Of a stretch of 64,000 nucleotides of DNA, positions 35,720-45,698 are shown in pieces. How positions within the stretch are numbered: position 1 is the first letter of the stretch; each line of letters starts with the position of its first letter. The notes under the pieces were generated by a model. It was given only the letters and a program-made list of their open reading frames with translations, was not told the origin of the DNA and made no database searches. Both the position numbers and the translations under genes were made by a program. This DNA is from an uncultured Bacilli bacterium (lineage in GTDB: Bacteria > Bacillota_I > Bacilli_A > RFN20 > CAG-826): positions 815,963 to 879,962 of the forward strand of contig CAKVCX010000001.1 of NCBI GenBank assembly GCA_934725985.1, written 5' to 3'.

Positions 35720-38290
35720 ATGAAATCAAAAAAATTGTATTTCTTTCTATCTTTGGCCGGGCTTTCCTCTTTGCTATTTTCTTGTGGAAATGATGTTTCA
35801 TCTTCTTCTAATGAAAGCAAAGAAATTTCCTCTAGCCAAACTTCATCAGAGGAATCAATTCTTCCTCCAACATTAAATAAGGATGACTTCTCTTATTTAC
35901 TAGGAACTTATAATGGAAAACTTGGCAAGCTTACTCTTGATGAGAAGTTTATCCAAATTGAGGGGAAACAAGAATTGACTTTAATCCCGACTTCCTTAGG
36001 AAAAGTAGATGTTTCTACCGACCCAAGTAAAAAGAAAGAGGTCATTTCAGTAAATTTCGATTCTTCTTTTAATCAGGGTAATTCCTATAGGGCTTATGTT
36101 GATTTATATGGCGATGGATTTTTGCATTTAGATAAAACTAACGAAGATGCCTTTATTACTTTAGGCACATTCCAACCTGATGTTTCGAAATATGCTGGGT
36201 CATATTCCGCCTATGGAGATTCAAGTTCTTATAACATCTATACGGTTTTAGATGGGCAGTTCGATTATGAAAGAAATGTTAACTTGGCTGCCAGAGTTTC
36301 TGGATATGATGGAATTTGGAGTTATGAACAAAATTGGTCATATGTATCTAGGCTGAGGGAAGACAATTCCAATGTTTTTGAACCTACAATTGTTACAACT
36401 TTGGAATTAACGGATTCTGATAACTATGGATATGGGGAAGAAAGAATTGACGTAATCGAAGATGAGAGTGGGAATAAAACCATTAGACTATTTGAAAGCC
36501 AATATAATAGCGTTTCTAATTATCTAGATCCCGGAGCCTTAAACGGATTTAATGTCTTTGATGGAACAAAATCAATTGCCTTATCAATGGATCCTGATAA
36601 TAAAACTTTAACATTTGGAGATTTTACGGGCACTTATGTAACTAAAATTGATGAAGAAGGCATGAAAGTAGATGTTACCTCTTCCTCTTCGACATTGTCA
36701 TTTAGAATCGGTAGCCATTATATTAAAGTTAGCAAAGACAATGAAACTAGTTTATATCCAGTCGATAATGTTTCTAGTTTAAAAGGGGAATATTCTAAAG
36801 ACGGGGAAGTAATAAAAATTACTGTTGACGATGAAAATAATTTGCAATTGAGCGTCAATGAAGTAGCCATAAATCCTAATTATATAATTTATAATAAAAG
36901 AAAGGCTCTTTCTTTCTCATACAATAATAAAAATTATATAGTTGCGCCAGATAATGATGAAAATGAATCATCAATATTGGTTTCTATCGATGGCAATATT
37001 TCTTATTATATAAATGAGTCTTTGTATTTATCTTTATTCATCGATGAATTTGTTGCCCATGACGAAAAGAATCAATTTAATTTAACCGTTGATTCTGATT
37101 TATCTTTTAAAATAGGTGAAAAAACCGGTAAGTTTGCTTTTTCTTACTGGCATGGAGATAAATATCCTAGCTTAGTGGGCAATTTAGAATCTACTCCTTA
37201 TACTTTAAGCTTGGTTCAATCCGATATTGGTTATTATTCGTTAAATAAGGGAGAAGAAGAAATTAATCTTTATAGCAAAAAGATTTTAGACAAAGTTTAT
37301 GGAGACTATTCTTCTAATGGTAGGGATAATTTCAGTTTATCTACTTCCTTTTTAACAGTAGGAGATAAGGAAGCCCCCTATGAATTCGATCCATTCTATC
37401 AAGTAGGAACCGGAACTTATTTATTTGCTATTTCTAGCAATGGGCAGACTTATAAGAACAACCTTAACGGTACTTTCTATACGGATGATGCCTATTATAT
37501 TAGAAAATCATTATTTGCCGAGCTAGCTGGCACTTATTCTTTATATGGGAAATATGGAATCGAAAATATTAAATTCACCGCGGACGGGCATTTATATTTA
37601 GATACGGTTAACCAAGATAAAACCGGTTTAATTAAAGATGTTGAATATGATTATTCCATCATAACTCAGCCAAGTAGCGATAACAAAGCCATGTTGGCGT
37701 TTAACTATAACGAAGATACTTCGATCTTTATTTATTTCCATAATGGATATGTAACCATTGCTAGTTTAAATTATTATGAACAAGACATTTTAAGCACATG
37801 GGGTACTTATGCCGATGCCAATCTAACCAATGTCTTATACGTCCAAAATAATAAGATTTACTTAAATGGAACTGATTTGCCTATTCTTTCTAGAACAAAG
37901 GAGGGCGATTCTAAAGTAGTAACTACAAGCCAAGGTACTTTTACTTTTAAAGGTGATGGGAATGTTACTTATAAAGATGGAGAATCAAGTGTTGAATTAA
38001 CAAAGAAATTAGATTATTTGGATTTTGATAAATTTGTTGGTAACTATACAGTTGATGATAAAACTTTCTCTTTCGAGAAGGATGAAATTAGCGGTTATGC
38101 CTTAACTGTTGATGGAATTAGCTATGGGCTAGATTCTATGTTCATTACTAATTACAATGGCTCATTGACATTAGTAGTTAGTGTCTTCTTATCTAAATAT
38201 AGGTTATCGATTAACTTAAGTAGCGGTGAAGTTAGCCCTAGCTATGATGCAGGCAGTTTGCCACCTCCGCCACCCTTACCAAGACAATAA
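35720..38290 (+). CDS. Large lipoprotein (856 aa), hypothetical, Pro-rich C-terminus
   Basis: Lipoprotein signal MKSKKLYFFLSLAGLSSLLFSCGND, followed by a Ser-rich linker. The protein ends LPPPPPLPRQ. No catalytic motif recognised. Confidence 0.6.
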   Translation: MKSKKLYFFLSLAGLSSLLFSCGNDVSSSSNESKEISSSQTSSEESILPPTLNKDDFSYLLGTYNGKLGKLTLDEKFIQIEGKQELTLIPTSLGKVDVSTDPSKKKEVISVNFDSSFNQGNSYRAYVDLYGDGFLHLDKTNEDAFITLGTFQPDVSKYAGSYSAYGDSSSYNIYTVLDGQFDYERNVNLAARVSGYDGIWSYEQNWSYVSRLREDNSNVFEPTIVTTLELTDSDNYGYGEERIDVIEDESGNKTIRLFESQYNSVSNYLDPGALNGFNVFDGTKSIALSMDPDNKTLTFGDFTGTYVTKIDEEGMKVDVTSSSSTLSFRIGSHYIKVSKDNETSLYPVDNVSSLKGEYSKDGEVIKITVDDENNLQLSVNEVAINPNYIIYNKRKALSFSYNNKNYIVAPDNDENESSILVSIDGNISYYINESLYLSLFIDEFVAHDEKNQFNLTVDSDLSFKIGEKTGKFAFSYWHGDKYPSLVGNLESTPYTLSLVQSDIGYYSLNKGEEEINLYSKKILDKVYGDYSSNGRDNFSLSTSFLTVGDKEAPYEFDPFYQVGTGTYLFAISSNGQTYKNNLNGTFYTDDAYYIRKSLFAELAGTYSLYGKYGIENIKFTADGHLYLDTVNQDKTGLIKDVEYDYSIITQPSSDNKAMLAFNYNEDTSIFIYFHNGYVTIASLNYYEQDILSTWGTYADANLTNVLYVQNNKIYLNGTDLPILSRTKEGDSKVVTTSQGTFTFKGDGNVTYKDGESSVELTKKLDYLDFDKFVGNYTVDDKTFSFEKDEISGYALTVDGISYGLDSMFITNYNGSLTLVVSVFLSKYRLSINLSSGEVSPSYDAGSLPPPPPLPRQ

Positions 38291-38369
38291 TTATTGCTTT
38301 TAAAAGAACGCATCTAAAATAACATTTGGGTGCGTTTTCTTTTTTGTTTTATCATTTTGATGTTAGTTT

Positions 38370-39032
38370 ATGAATGAATTTCTAAAGCGTTTTAAAAATG
38401 TAAAGGGTGCTATCTTTGATTTGGATGGTACTTTAATTGACTCTATGAATGTTTGGAGAGATATAGACATTGAATTCTTTTCTAGGCATGGCCTAGTTTA
38501 CGAAGATAGCTATCAAAAAGCTATCGGACATAAAGGATTAAAAGAAATTGCTAAATATACAAAGGAAGCGTATTCCTTAGAAGAAAGCGAAGAAGAAATA
38601 GTCTCTATTTGGCTAGATATGGCTAAAGACTATTATGAAAACAAAATAAATCTAAAGCCAGGAGTCAAAGGTTTTTTGCAATATTTAAAAAGCAATAACA
38701 TAAAAATAGGTTTAGCAACATCGAATTCTTTAGAACTTACTTTATCTATTTTAAATCGACATGGCATTTATTCTTATTTTGACAAAATCTTGACTGTCAA
38801 CGAATTAAAGGCCGACAAGTCTAGTCCTTTAATATATTTGACCATTGCTTCATATTTCAATTTAGTTCCAAATCAATGTGCTGTTTTTGAAGATTTAATA
38901 ACTGGAATTAAAACTGCTAAAGAAGCAGGGTTTATTACAGTAGGTGTAGAAGATAAATCTAGTCTAGATAAAAAAGAAGAAATTAAAAATATTTCCTCTT
39001 TTTATATTAAAGATTTTTTCTCATTTCTATAA
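38370..39032 (+). CDS. HAD-superfamily hydrolase (beta-phosphoglucomutase-like subfamily IA)
   Basis: Motif I AIFDLDGTLIDS, motif II LATSNS and motif IV FEDLITGIKTAKEAG. Confidence 0.85.
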   Translation: MNEFLKRFKNVKGAIFDLDGTLIDSMNVWRDIDIEFFSRHGLVYEDSYQKAIGHKGLKEIAKYTKEAYSLEESEEEIVSIWLDMAKDYYENKINLKPGVKGFLQYLKSNNIKIGLATSNSLELTLSILNRHGIYSYFDKILTVNELKADKSSPLIYLTIASYFNLVPNQCAVFEDLITGIKTAKEAGFITVGVEDKSSLDKKEEIKNISSFYIKDFFSFL

Positions 39033-39173
39033 AATTAAGTCATTATCGTATATTTTGAATATCTTTTGTTTAGTTAGCTTAAACTATTTTTTTCTTGTTG
39101 ATAAATTCGTGCTTGAAATTCTATTGATTTTGACTATAACTATAACGTCAATTTTTAAGGTTTAGGTATTTTT

Positions 39174-41228
39174 ATGGAAAAAAGAATCAAAAAATTAGCC
39201 TTGTTAGCCCTTCTTCCTGTTGCAGGTCTTGCCGGAGTAGTTACTTATGCTTCCGTAAACGCAGGAACTCCATTAACAATTAACGCGGAAAACAAAGATT
39301 ACAAGTTAAGCTTTGGGAAAGACGACTTTAAAGGTGTTTTAAAGTCTGGTTCAAAATATAGTTATGAAAAGTATGTTGCTACTTTAAAAACCGAGCTAGG
39401 CAATGAAGTTGAATTTGAATCTAAAGGCGAAAAAATAATTACCTCTTCTCTTCAAGATGATGAGATATTCATCGTTAAGGGGCAAGGAAGCATTTATAAT
39501 TCAACAGCTATTTCTGGTATTAAAAAAATAGCTTTTAAGCTTGCTTCTAGAGGTTATGAAGATTGCACTATAGATTTAAAATTTGGTTTTGATAAGGATA
39601 ATCTAAGCCAAAGTTATAGCTATTATACGAAGAAAAATGGCGAATACGAGGTTACTTTCGATAAAGTAACCCCATCTTATTTTAATCTAGAATTAGGTGG
39701 ACAAACTTATTTTTCAAAATTAGAAATAACCTATTCGTGTACTGAGCAAACCAACAATCTTGGAAGCATTACCGTTAATAATGCCTCTGAATTAAAACAA
39801 GCTTTGGCCTATCATTCTCACTTTAATAGTAATTCCTCCATTGTTTTAGGGTCTGATATCGGATTGGCTGATTATTTAAAATTCCAAGGTGAGAATTCTC
39901 CTAAGGTATTCAACATTGATTTAAATGGTCACGTTATTAAAGGGCTTAAGAAGAGCGAAGACGCTTCAAGCATATTTAACGATGCTAGAACAGAGGATAG
40001 CCAAGCGGCAATAACCTCCAATTCTTTAATAAAAATTAGATCAAATGCGAATGTCATTATTTCTGGCAATGGTTCAATCCTTTCTAACGGGACCGACACC
40101 TTTGTTGCTGAAATGGGTGATAGCATATATGAAACTACTAGTTCATCTTTAACCATTAATGATGGAAATTTTGTTAGTGGGTTTGATACTAATTGTCTTT
40201 ATATTAACGCTGATAATGTAAGTACCCATAAAGCCGGGAACATTGTAATTAATGGCGGCACTTTCTCTAATGAAGGCGGCGGACGTAATATGTTGTTAAA
40301 TATCACGGATAGCACCGTGGTAGGGACTTTCATGGTTAATGGCGGGTCTTTCTATGACTTTAATCCTGCTAATGGAGATTACGGGCATACAGATGCTTCT
40401 ACCGACAATAAAAAATCATTCCTCGATGAATTCCATGAAGTTGCTTCAACAGTTGATGGAACTCATACTATTTATACAGTTTCTAATAAGAGCAAAGAAA
40501 TATCATTAACTAGCGAAGTTACGTTAAGTTCAAAACTAACTTATGCTGATTCTAAAGAAGAAGTCACTATAAACGGGAATGGGAAAACCATAAGCGTTAC
40601 TTCTGATTTTGCCAATAATAATGCTGTTTTAATTAATGCCAAAGGCAATTTAACTATTAACGATTTAACTATAGATATGGCTAACGCTGTTGGTGTTTGG
40701 GGTATTCAAGCCTTAGGTGACATTACTTTAAATAACGTTAATATCATTAATGTCGACCATGCCAATAAATATATTTATACTCTTAATGTTTATGGCGGTG
40801 GGAACGCCAAATTCGTTGATTGTAACATTGCTGCTGCAAAAAATATGTGTAATAAAAATTATGGCTGTGTCGATATTTGGTTTGGCGATGGTAGGAATGC
40901 CATTATTCAAGGCGGGAACTACGGATCGATATTTGTTAATTCTTCCGAAGGTTCTGGATTGCTTCACGCTGGAAAGTTAACTATTGAATCTTCAAGCGAT
41001 CATGTGACTAAAATTGATTCAGTCACCTTAGAAGGGGAGATTAATAAAAAGAATAAGCTAGTGTGCGATGGTTTTACTTATGTAATAGAGGGAGCGTATA
41101 TGTCTGCTATTTTAGAAGGGAACGATTCTTCTTATTGCACGGTGAATAAACTTATTAAAAATCCTCAAAATTTGGATTTAACAAAATATGCCGATTTAAC
41201 CGGCAAGACCGTTTCTAAAGCTGCTTAA
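39174..41228 (+). CDS. Secreted protein with right-handed beta-helix-like repeats (hypothetical)
   Basis: Signal peptide MEKRIKKLALLALLPVAGLAGVVTYASVNA with no lipobox Cys. Repetitive G/N-rich segments are present: IVINGGTFSNEGGG, FMVNGGSFYDF, LTINDGNFVSGFDTN and NVNIINVDHAN. Confidence 0.55.
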   Translation: MEKRIKKLALLALLPVAGLAGVVTYASVNAGTPLTINAENKDYKLSFGKDDFKGVLKSGSKYSYEKYVATLKTELGNEVEFESKGEKIITSSLQDDEIFIVKGQGSIYNSTAISGIKKIAFKLASRGYEDCTIDLKFGFDKDNLSQSYSYYTKKNGEYEVTFDKVTPSYFNLELGGQTYFSKLEITYSCTEQTNNLGSITVNNASELKQALAYHSHFNSNSSIVLGSDIGLADYLKFQGENSPKVFNIDLNGHVIKGLKKSEDASSIFNDARTEDSQAAITSNSLIKIRSNANVIISGNGSILSNGTDTFVAEMGDSIYETTSSSLTINDGNFVSGFDTNCLYINADNVSTHKAGNIVINGGTFSNEGGGRNMLLNITDSTVVGTFMVNGGSFYDFNPANGDYGHTDASTDNKKSFLDEFHEVASTVDGTHTIYTVSNKSKEISLTSEVTLSSKLTYADSKEEVTINGNGKTISVTSDFANNNAVLINAKGNLTINDLTIDMANAVGVWGIQALGDITLNNVNIINVDHANKYIYTLNVYGGGNAKFVDCNIAAAKNMCNKNYGCVDIWFGDGRNAIIQGGNYGSIFVNSSEGSGLLHAGKLTIESSSDHVTKIDSVTLEGEINKKNKLVCDGFTYVIEGAYMSAILEGNDSSYCTVNKLIKNPQNLDLTKYADLTGKTVSKAA

Positions 41229-41318
41229 AGTATTTATTTAAAAATTAATGAAAGGCATGGGTGAATTTAAGTCATCGATGCCTTTTTGTTTTAAATCAAT
41301 AAATGGATTTGGTAAAAT

Positions 41319-42695
41319 TTGAACATGCGTTCCCGTTTATTTTTAAAAAGTATTGCCTTATTTTCTTCTTTTTTAATTTTATCCGCTTTTTGTTTAGGTT
41401 TAGCTTCCAATTTAAATTTAAAAGAAGGAAAAGCCGGCGAAATTTTTGATTATGATTTTACGGAGGATTTTTCTTCCTATGTCGCCTCGACTAGTTACAT
41501 AAATGAAAAAACATATGGCAATTTCAAAGGCGTGGGCTGCGTTTCAACTACATCTTCATATGCAATAGATGGCAATACATTTGTCATGAAATTAAATAAA
41601 GGAGAAGCGAATGCCTCTAGACAACTGTTTATCGATACAACCGGATATGCAAAAATTGTCTTTGACATAAAATTGACTACGCCTAGTAAAACTTATGTTG
41701 ATTTGGGGTGTAATCTTCCTATCATTACCGATGAAACTAATGCAAAAGGCATCGTTTATACAAAAGGATATAAAGAAGTAATAGTAACTTTTTCTTCCTT
41801 TTCTACGCCTGAAAATAATTATTTTGTCGGAATCGATAATGTCGAATTTTATAAACTATCAAAAGAATCTACTCCCTCCAAACCCATTTATACGGCAAAT
41901 AATTATTATTATCATAAAATAGAGAGTTCTCTTGATGTAATAACTGATTTAGCCCTCATTATAAGAAACAATGTGAAATACGTTCGTTTTGATGAATCGA
42001 CATCTATAAATATCCATAATTATTCAAAAGGCGGCCAATTTATTTTTTATGATAGCAGCGACGTAATTTATCCTGAGATAGGTTGGCCGGAAAATGGGGT
42101 TTTTACGGTTGATGGTTCTTCTTATTATTTAGACAGGGAACATGTTTGGCCTTGTTCAAATATGAAAATCAAACCAGCTGGTGGGTCTAGAAGCGTGTCT
42201 TCATTTTCTGATTTTGTAAGAAACGAAGACGATTCTTATGATTATCGACCATCCTCTTCTAATAGAGGTCATTTTAGCGATATGCATAATTTAATTACGG
42301 CCACAAGGGAAGCCAATCAAAATTTGCATAACGATAATTTCTTTAAAGATGAAAAAGGCAATAGTAAAACCCCCTATAAAGAGAATGGATTTTTTTATCC
42401 AGGCGATGAATTTAAAGGGGACGTGGCACGGATTTTGTTTTACATGAGTTTAATGTATCCATATTTGACATTAGGGGATGAAACTAATTTGAAGGGTTCT
42501 ATTTTTTATGGCGACTTAGAAACATTAAGAAGATGGGACAAAGAAGACCCTGTTTCGCAAGAAGAGATAGATAGAAACAATTTAATTTTCAAAAAGCAAA
42601 GAAACCGTAATCCTTTTATAGACCTATATGAAATCAATATTGCCGATATAGTATTTGCTAATGGGGACGTAGAAGTACCTGTTGCTACAAATTGA
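41319..42695 (+). CDS. Extracellular nuclease, Endonuclease I (EndA/Vvn/Bsn) family, with an N-terminal domain of about 250 aa of unknown function
   Basis: The C-terminal third carries Endonuclease-I-like motifs: REHVWPCSNM (compare EHVVP.S), REANQNLHN and GDVARILFYMSLMYPY (compare G.vAR..FYM...Y). The N-terminus has a signal or anchor sequence. Confidence 0.6.
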   Translation: MNMRSRLFLKSIALFSSFLILSAFCLGLASNLNLKEGKAGEIFDYDFTEDFSSYVASTSYINEKTYGNFKGVGCVSTTSSYAIDGNTFVMKLNKGEANASRQLFIDTTGYAKIVFDIKLTTPSKTYVDLGCNLPIITDETNAKGIVYTKGYKEVIVTFSSFSTPENNYFVGIDNVEFYKLSKESTPSKPIYTANNYYYHKIESSLDVITDLALIIRNNVKYVRFDESTSINIHNYSKGGQFIFYDSSDVIYPEIGWPENGVFTVDGSSYYLDREHVWPCSNMKIKPAGGSRSVSSFSDFVRNEDDSYDYRPSSSNRGHFSDMHNLITATREANQNLHNDNFFKDEKGNSKTPYKENGFFYPGDEFKGDVARILFYMSLMYPYLTLGDETNLKGSIFYGDLETLRRWDKEDPVSQEEIDRNNLIFKKQRNRNPFIDLYEINIADIVFANGDVEVPVATN

Positions 42696-42935
42696 ATTAT
42701 TTAGATTGGTATAACCTTAAGAAAAGAAGCTTTATTTAAATGTTATTAAAACCTTTCTTTCTAAATCGATCTTTTTTTGTGAACTTTTTAAGCGGACTTA
42801 TATGTCATTTTCTATATACTAGAAGTAAAAAGACAAGGTACATATTTTAATAAATCTAATAAATTAATTTTCTATTATAAAAGTTAAGTCACCTTTGCAC
42901 TTTTTCTATTAATGCAAAGTTGCTAATATTTATTT

Positions 42936-43020
42936 CATTGACGGAGTAGGCTGCTAATTAGCGGCAAGTCAACAAAGTGGAGTAATCCTGGCTTGCCTTA
43001 ATTGCTTAGAGTCGGAAAGG
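42936..43020 (+). ncRNA. Candidate yybP-ykoY (manganese) riboswitch in the mntP leader
   Basis: The mntP leader of about 85 nt contains TTGAC-GGAGUAG-[GCUGC-UAAUUA-GCGGC hairpin]-AA-GUCAA. The outer helix is TTGAC/GTCAA. The GGAGUAG element matches the conserved GGGAGUAG of yybP-ykoY RNAs. A second helix GGCAAG...CUUGCC follows, and GGAAAGG precedes the start codon. The genomic context (mntP) matches known Mn riboswitches. Confidence 0.55.
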
Positions 43021-43025
43021 CTTTT

Positions 43026-43613
43026 ATGGATTGGCTTAATATTGTTCTTACCTCCTTTTCGATGGCTATAGATGCATCGGCAACTAATGCCGTTAATGCA
43101 ATTAAGGAAGAGAGGATGCCTCTTTGGAAAATCGCCTTTGCTTCTTTTATATTTGCTATATTTCAATTTGTTATGCCTTTAATTGGCTATTTGATTGGCT
43201 CTGGATTTAGGGAATTTTTAGAGCCAATTATTCCCTATATTGGCTTCGCTTTATTGACTTTACTTGCCATTAAATGCTTCTATGACGCCATAAAGGAAAC
43301 TATTGCGATTAGAAAAAGTGGTGGTGAGCTTAAAGTTGAAAGAAAACCCGTTACAATATTTACTATTTTAATTGAAGGGGTAGCGACTTCCATTGATGCA
43401 TTGTGCATTGGCTTTGTCTATTTGTCTTATCCATTTATTGACGCTTTGCTTGTTTTTGGGATCATTGGTATTGTCGCGTTTGTCCTTCCTTTTATAGCAG
43501 GCGTGTTTGGAAAATACCTAGCTAAGTTTTTAGAAAAATGGGCAAATTATATATCTGGCTTTGTTTTCTTATCTATTGCTTTAAAGATACTTATTGAAAG
43601 TTTTCTTCACTAA
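43026..43613 (+). CDS. mntP: Manganese efflux pump MntP
   Basis: MDWLNIVLTSFSMAIDASATNAV aligns with the E. coli MntP N-terminus ([23 protein letters not shown]). The protein is 188 aa with 6 TM helices and two DUF204 half-repeats (the second is IEGVATSIDALCIG). The start was moved from the ORF-track ATG (43002) to the ATG at 43026, preceded by GGAAAGG. Confidence 0.85.
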   Translation: MDWLNIVLTSFSMAIDASATNAVNAIKEERMPLWKIAFASFIFAIFQFVMPLIGYLIGSGFREFLEPIIPYIGFALLTLLAIKCFYDAIKETIAIRKSGGELKVERKPVTIFTILIEGVATSIDALCIGFVYLSYPFIDALLVFGIIGIVAFVLPFIAGVFGKYLAKFLEKWANYISGFVFLSIALKILIESFLH

Positions 43614-43728
43614 TTTGTAATTCAGTTTGTTAAGGTTAGAAAATACCTAGCTTTTTTAAATAAAAACATTTATTGAAAAACAATGATTTATCATTTGCTC
43701 AAATATATAATCTTTTTTGAGGTATTTT

Positions 43729-45003
43729 ATGGATAATTTGTTAAAGATAATGTCTCTTCTAAAAGAATCAAAGTCTCCTTTTCATGTCGTTAGCAATATT
43801 AAATCAATTCTTTTAGGCAATGGTTTTATTGAAATGAAAGAAGAAGATGAGATTAATGAAGATGGTAAGTATTTCTATACTAGAAACGGGTCGGCTCTAG
43901 TGGCTTTTACTATAAAAAGGAGCGATACGTATGCAAAAATCATTGAAGCACATGTTGATTCCCCTTCTTTTAAATTAAAGCAAAATCCCATTGTTAATAA
44001 TTCATCTTTAAGGTTATTAAATACTGAACCTTATGGTGGGGGAATTTATTATTCTTGGCTTGATAGGCCATTAGGGGTGGCAGGAAGAGCATTGTTTAAG
44101 AAAAACGACGTAGTGTCATCTTCTTTAGTGGATTTAGATGCTTCTTTTATAATTCCTTCTTTAGCTATTCATATGAATAGAGATGTAAATAATTCTTTTT
44201 CTTTAGATCCAAAAAAAGATTTATTGCCTTTATTTGGAGAAAGTGGGGAAAATGATTTAAAAAAAGTATTGGAAGCTCAATATAAAGAAAAAGGCGAAGT
44301 TGTTTCTTTTGATTTATTCTTATACAGCAAAGAAGAACCAACTCTAATTGGCTTAGATAAATCTATGCTTTCTAGTTGCAAATTAGATGATTTGGCCAGT
44401 GTTTATTCTTCTCTTCTTGGCTTTATTGCTTCTTCTTCAAAAAATGGAATTAACGTAGTGGCTTATTTTGATTCGGAAGAAGTTGGGTCTATGACCTATC
44501 AAGGTGCCGATAGTGATTTGCTGCGTTATCTTTTTAATAAGTTTTCTGCCTATACCAATAATTCCCTTATTTCTTTGCAAAGGAAAAGTTTTTGCATCAG
44601 CGCGGATAATGCCCATGCCGTTCATCCTGCTTTTATTGAATTAATGGATAAAACTAGCCCCGTCTATTTAAATAAAGGAATCACCATTAAGTATAATGCC
44701 AATCAAAAATATACAAGCGACGGTTTTTCTTCAGCCATAATGAAAGAAATATTTAATCTTTCTAATTTACCTTATCAAGAATTTAGCAATAGAAGTGATT
44801 TAAGGGGTGGTTCTACTTTAGGTGATATTTCCATCTCTCAAATAGCAATTAGAACTGTTGATATTGGCATTCCTCAATTAGCTATGCATTCTTCCTATGA
44901 AACATTAGGCATTAAAGATTTGCTTGATATGGTTAAGCTTTCTGCTTGCTTCTTTGATTTAGATTTAAATATAAGCGAAGATGAGTTTAAAGTAACGAGG
45001 TAG
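43729..45003 (+). CDS. M18-family aminopeptidase (aspartyl aminopeptidase-like)
   Basis: IEAHVDSPSFKLK matches the M18 HTDSPCL motif. Other M18 features are YFDSEEVGS, IGIPQLAMHS and GGSTLG. The start was moved to the ATG at 43729, with a TGAGGT ribosome-binding site 5 nt upstream; the ORF track used a TTG at 43717. Confidence 0.8.
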   Translation: MDNLLKIMSLLKESKSPFHVVSNIKSILLGNGFIEMKEEDEINEDGKYFYTRNGSALVAFTIKRSDTYAKIIEAHVDSPSFKLKQNPIVNNSSLRLLNTEPYGGGIYYSWLDRPLGVAGRALFKKNDVVSSSLVDLDASFIIPSLAIHMNRDVNNSFSLDPKKDLLPLFGESGENDLKKVLEAQYKEKGEVVSFDLFLYSKEEPTLIGLDKSMLSSCKLDDLASVYSSLLGFIASSSKNGINVVAYFDSEEVGSMTYQGADSDLLRYLFNKFSAYTNNSLISLQRKSFCISADNAHAVHPAFIELMDKTSPVYLNKGITIKYNANQKYTSDGFSSAIMKEIFNLSNLPYQEFSNRSDLRGGSTLGDISISQIAIRTVDIGIPQLAMHSSYETLGIKDLLDMVKLSACFFDLDLNISEDEFKVTR

Positions 45004-45007
45004 ATGA

Positions 45008-45697
45008 ATGAGCAGGATTGTTTTAATTGGTGGAGGTTCTTCTTCTGGCAAATCCTATATAACCGAAGCGGTTACTAAAAATGTTGGGGAGAATAATATA
45101 ACCCGTATAACAATGGATGATTATTATAAAGATCAATCCGATATGAAATTAGAAGATAGATACAAAGTAAATTATGATCATCCTAAAGCTTTTGATTTTC
45201 CCTTGATGCGAAAGCAAATAGCAGATTTAAAAAACGATATACCTATTGAAAAGCCTATTTATGATTTTGTTACTTTGACTAGAACAAAAAATAGCGAGAC
45301 CATATATCCGAATAAGGTTGTTTTAGTTGAAGGCATCATGGCTTTAGTCGACAAACAGATTAGAAATCTAGGGGATATAAAGGTGTTTATTTCCGCTTCT
45401 TCTGAAAGAAGGTTTCTTCGCCGCCTTATTAGAGATAAAAAACAAAGGGGACGTAGCTTTGAAAATATAGTCAATCAATACTTTTCCTCTGTTCAACCCA
45501 TGTATCAAGAAATAGTAGAACCGTCTTCTATTTATGCTGATTTAATAGTTAATAATGATGGGGTTGAAAATTTAGCCATTGCCGTTTTGACTTCCATAAT
45601 TAAAGAAGAACTTGAATTATCTAGGACAAAACAAAAACCTCGCCTAATGGAAGAAGAATTTAATGAAGAGAGCCTCGTTTCTATTTTCAGTAAATAG
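45008..45697 (+). CDS. udk: Uridine kinase
   Basis: P-loop GGGSSSGKS. Collinear with E. coli Udk: DDYYKDQS, NYDHPKAFDF, KPIYDF, KVVLVEGI and DKKQRGRS. Located 4 nt downstream of the aminopeptidase gene. Confidence 0.8.
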   Translation: MSRIVLIGGGSSSGKSYITEAVTKNVGENNITRITMDDYYKDQSDMKLEDRYKVNYDHPKAFDFPLMRKQIADLKNDIPIEKPIYDFVTLTRTKNSETIYPNKVVLVEGIMALVDKQIRNLGDIKVFISASSERRFLRRLIRDKKQRGRSFENIVNQYFSSVQPMYQEIVEPSSIYADLIVNNDGVENLAIAVLTSIIKEELELSRTKQKPRLMEEEFNEESLVSIFSK

Positions 45698-45698
45698 T

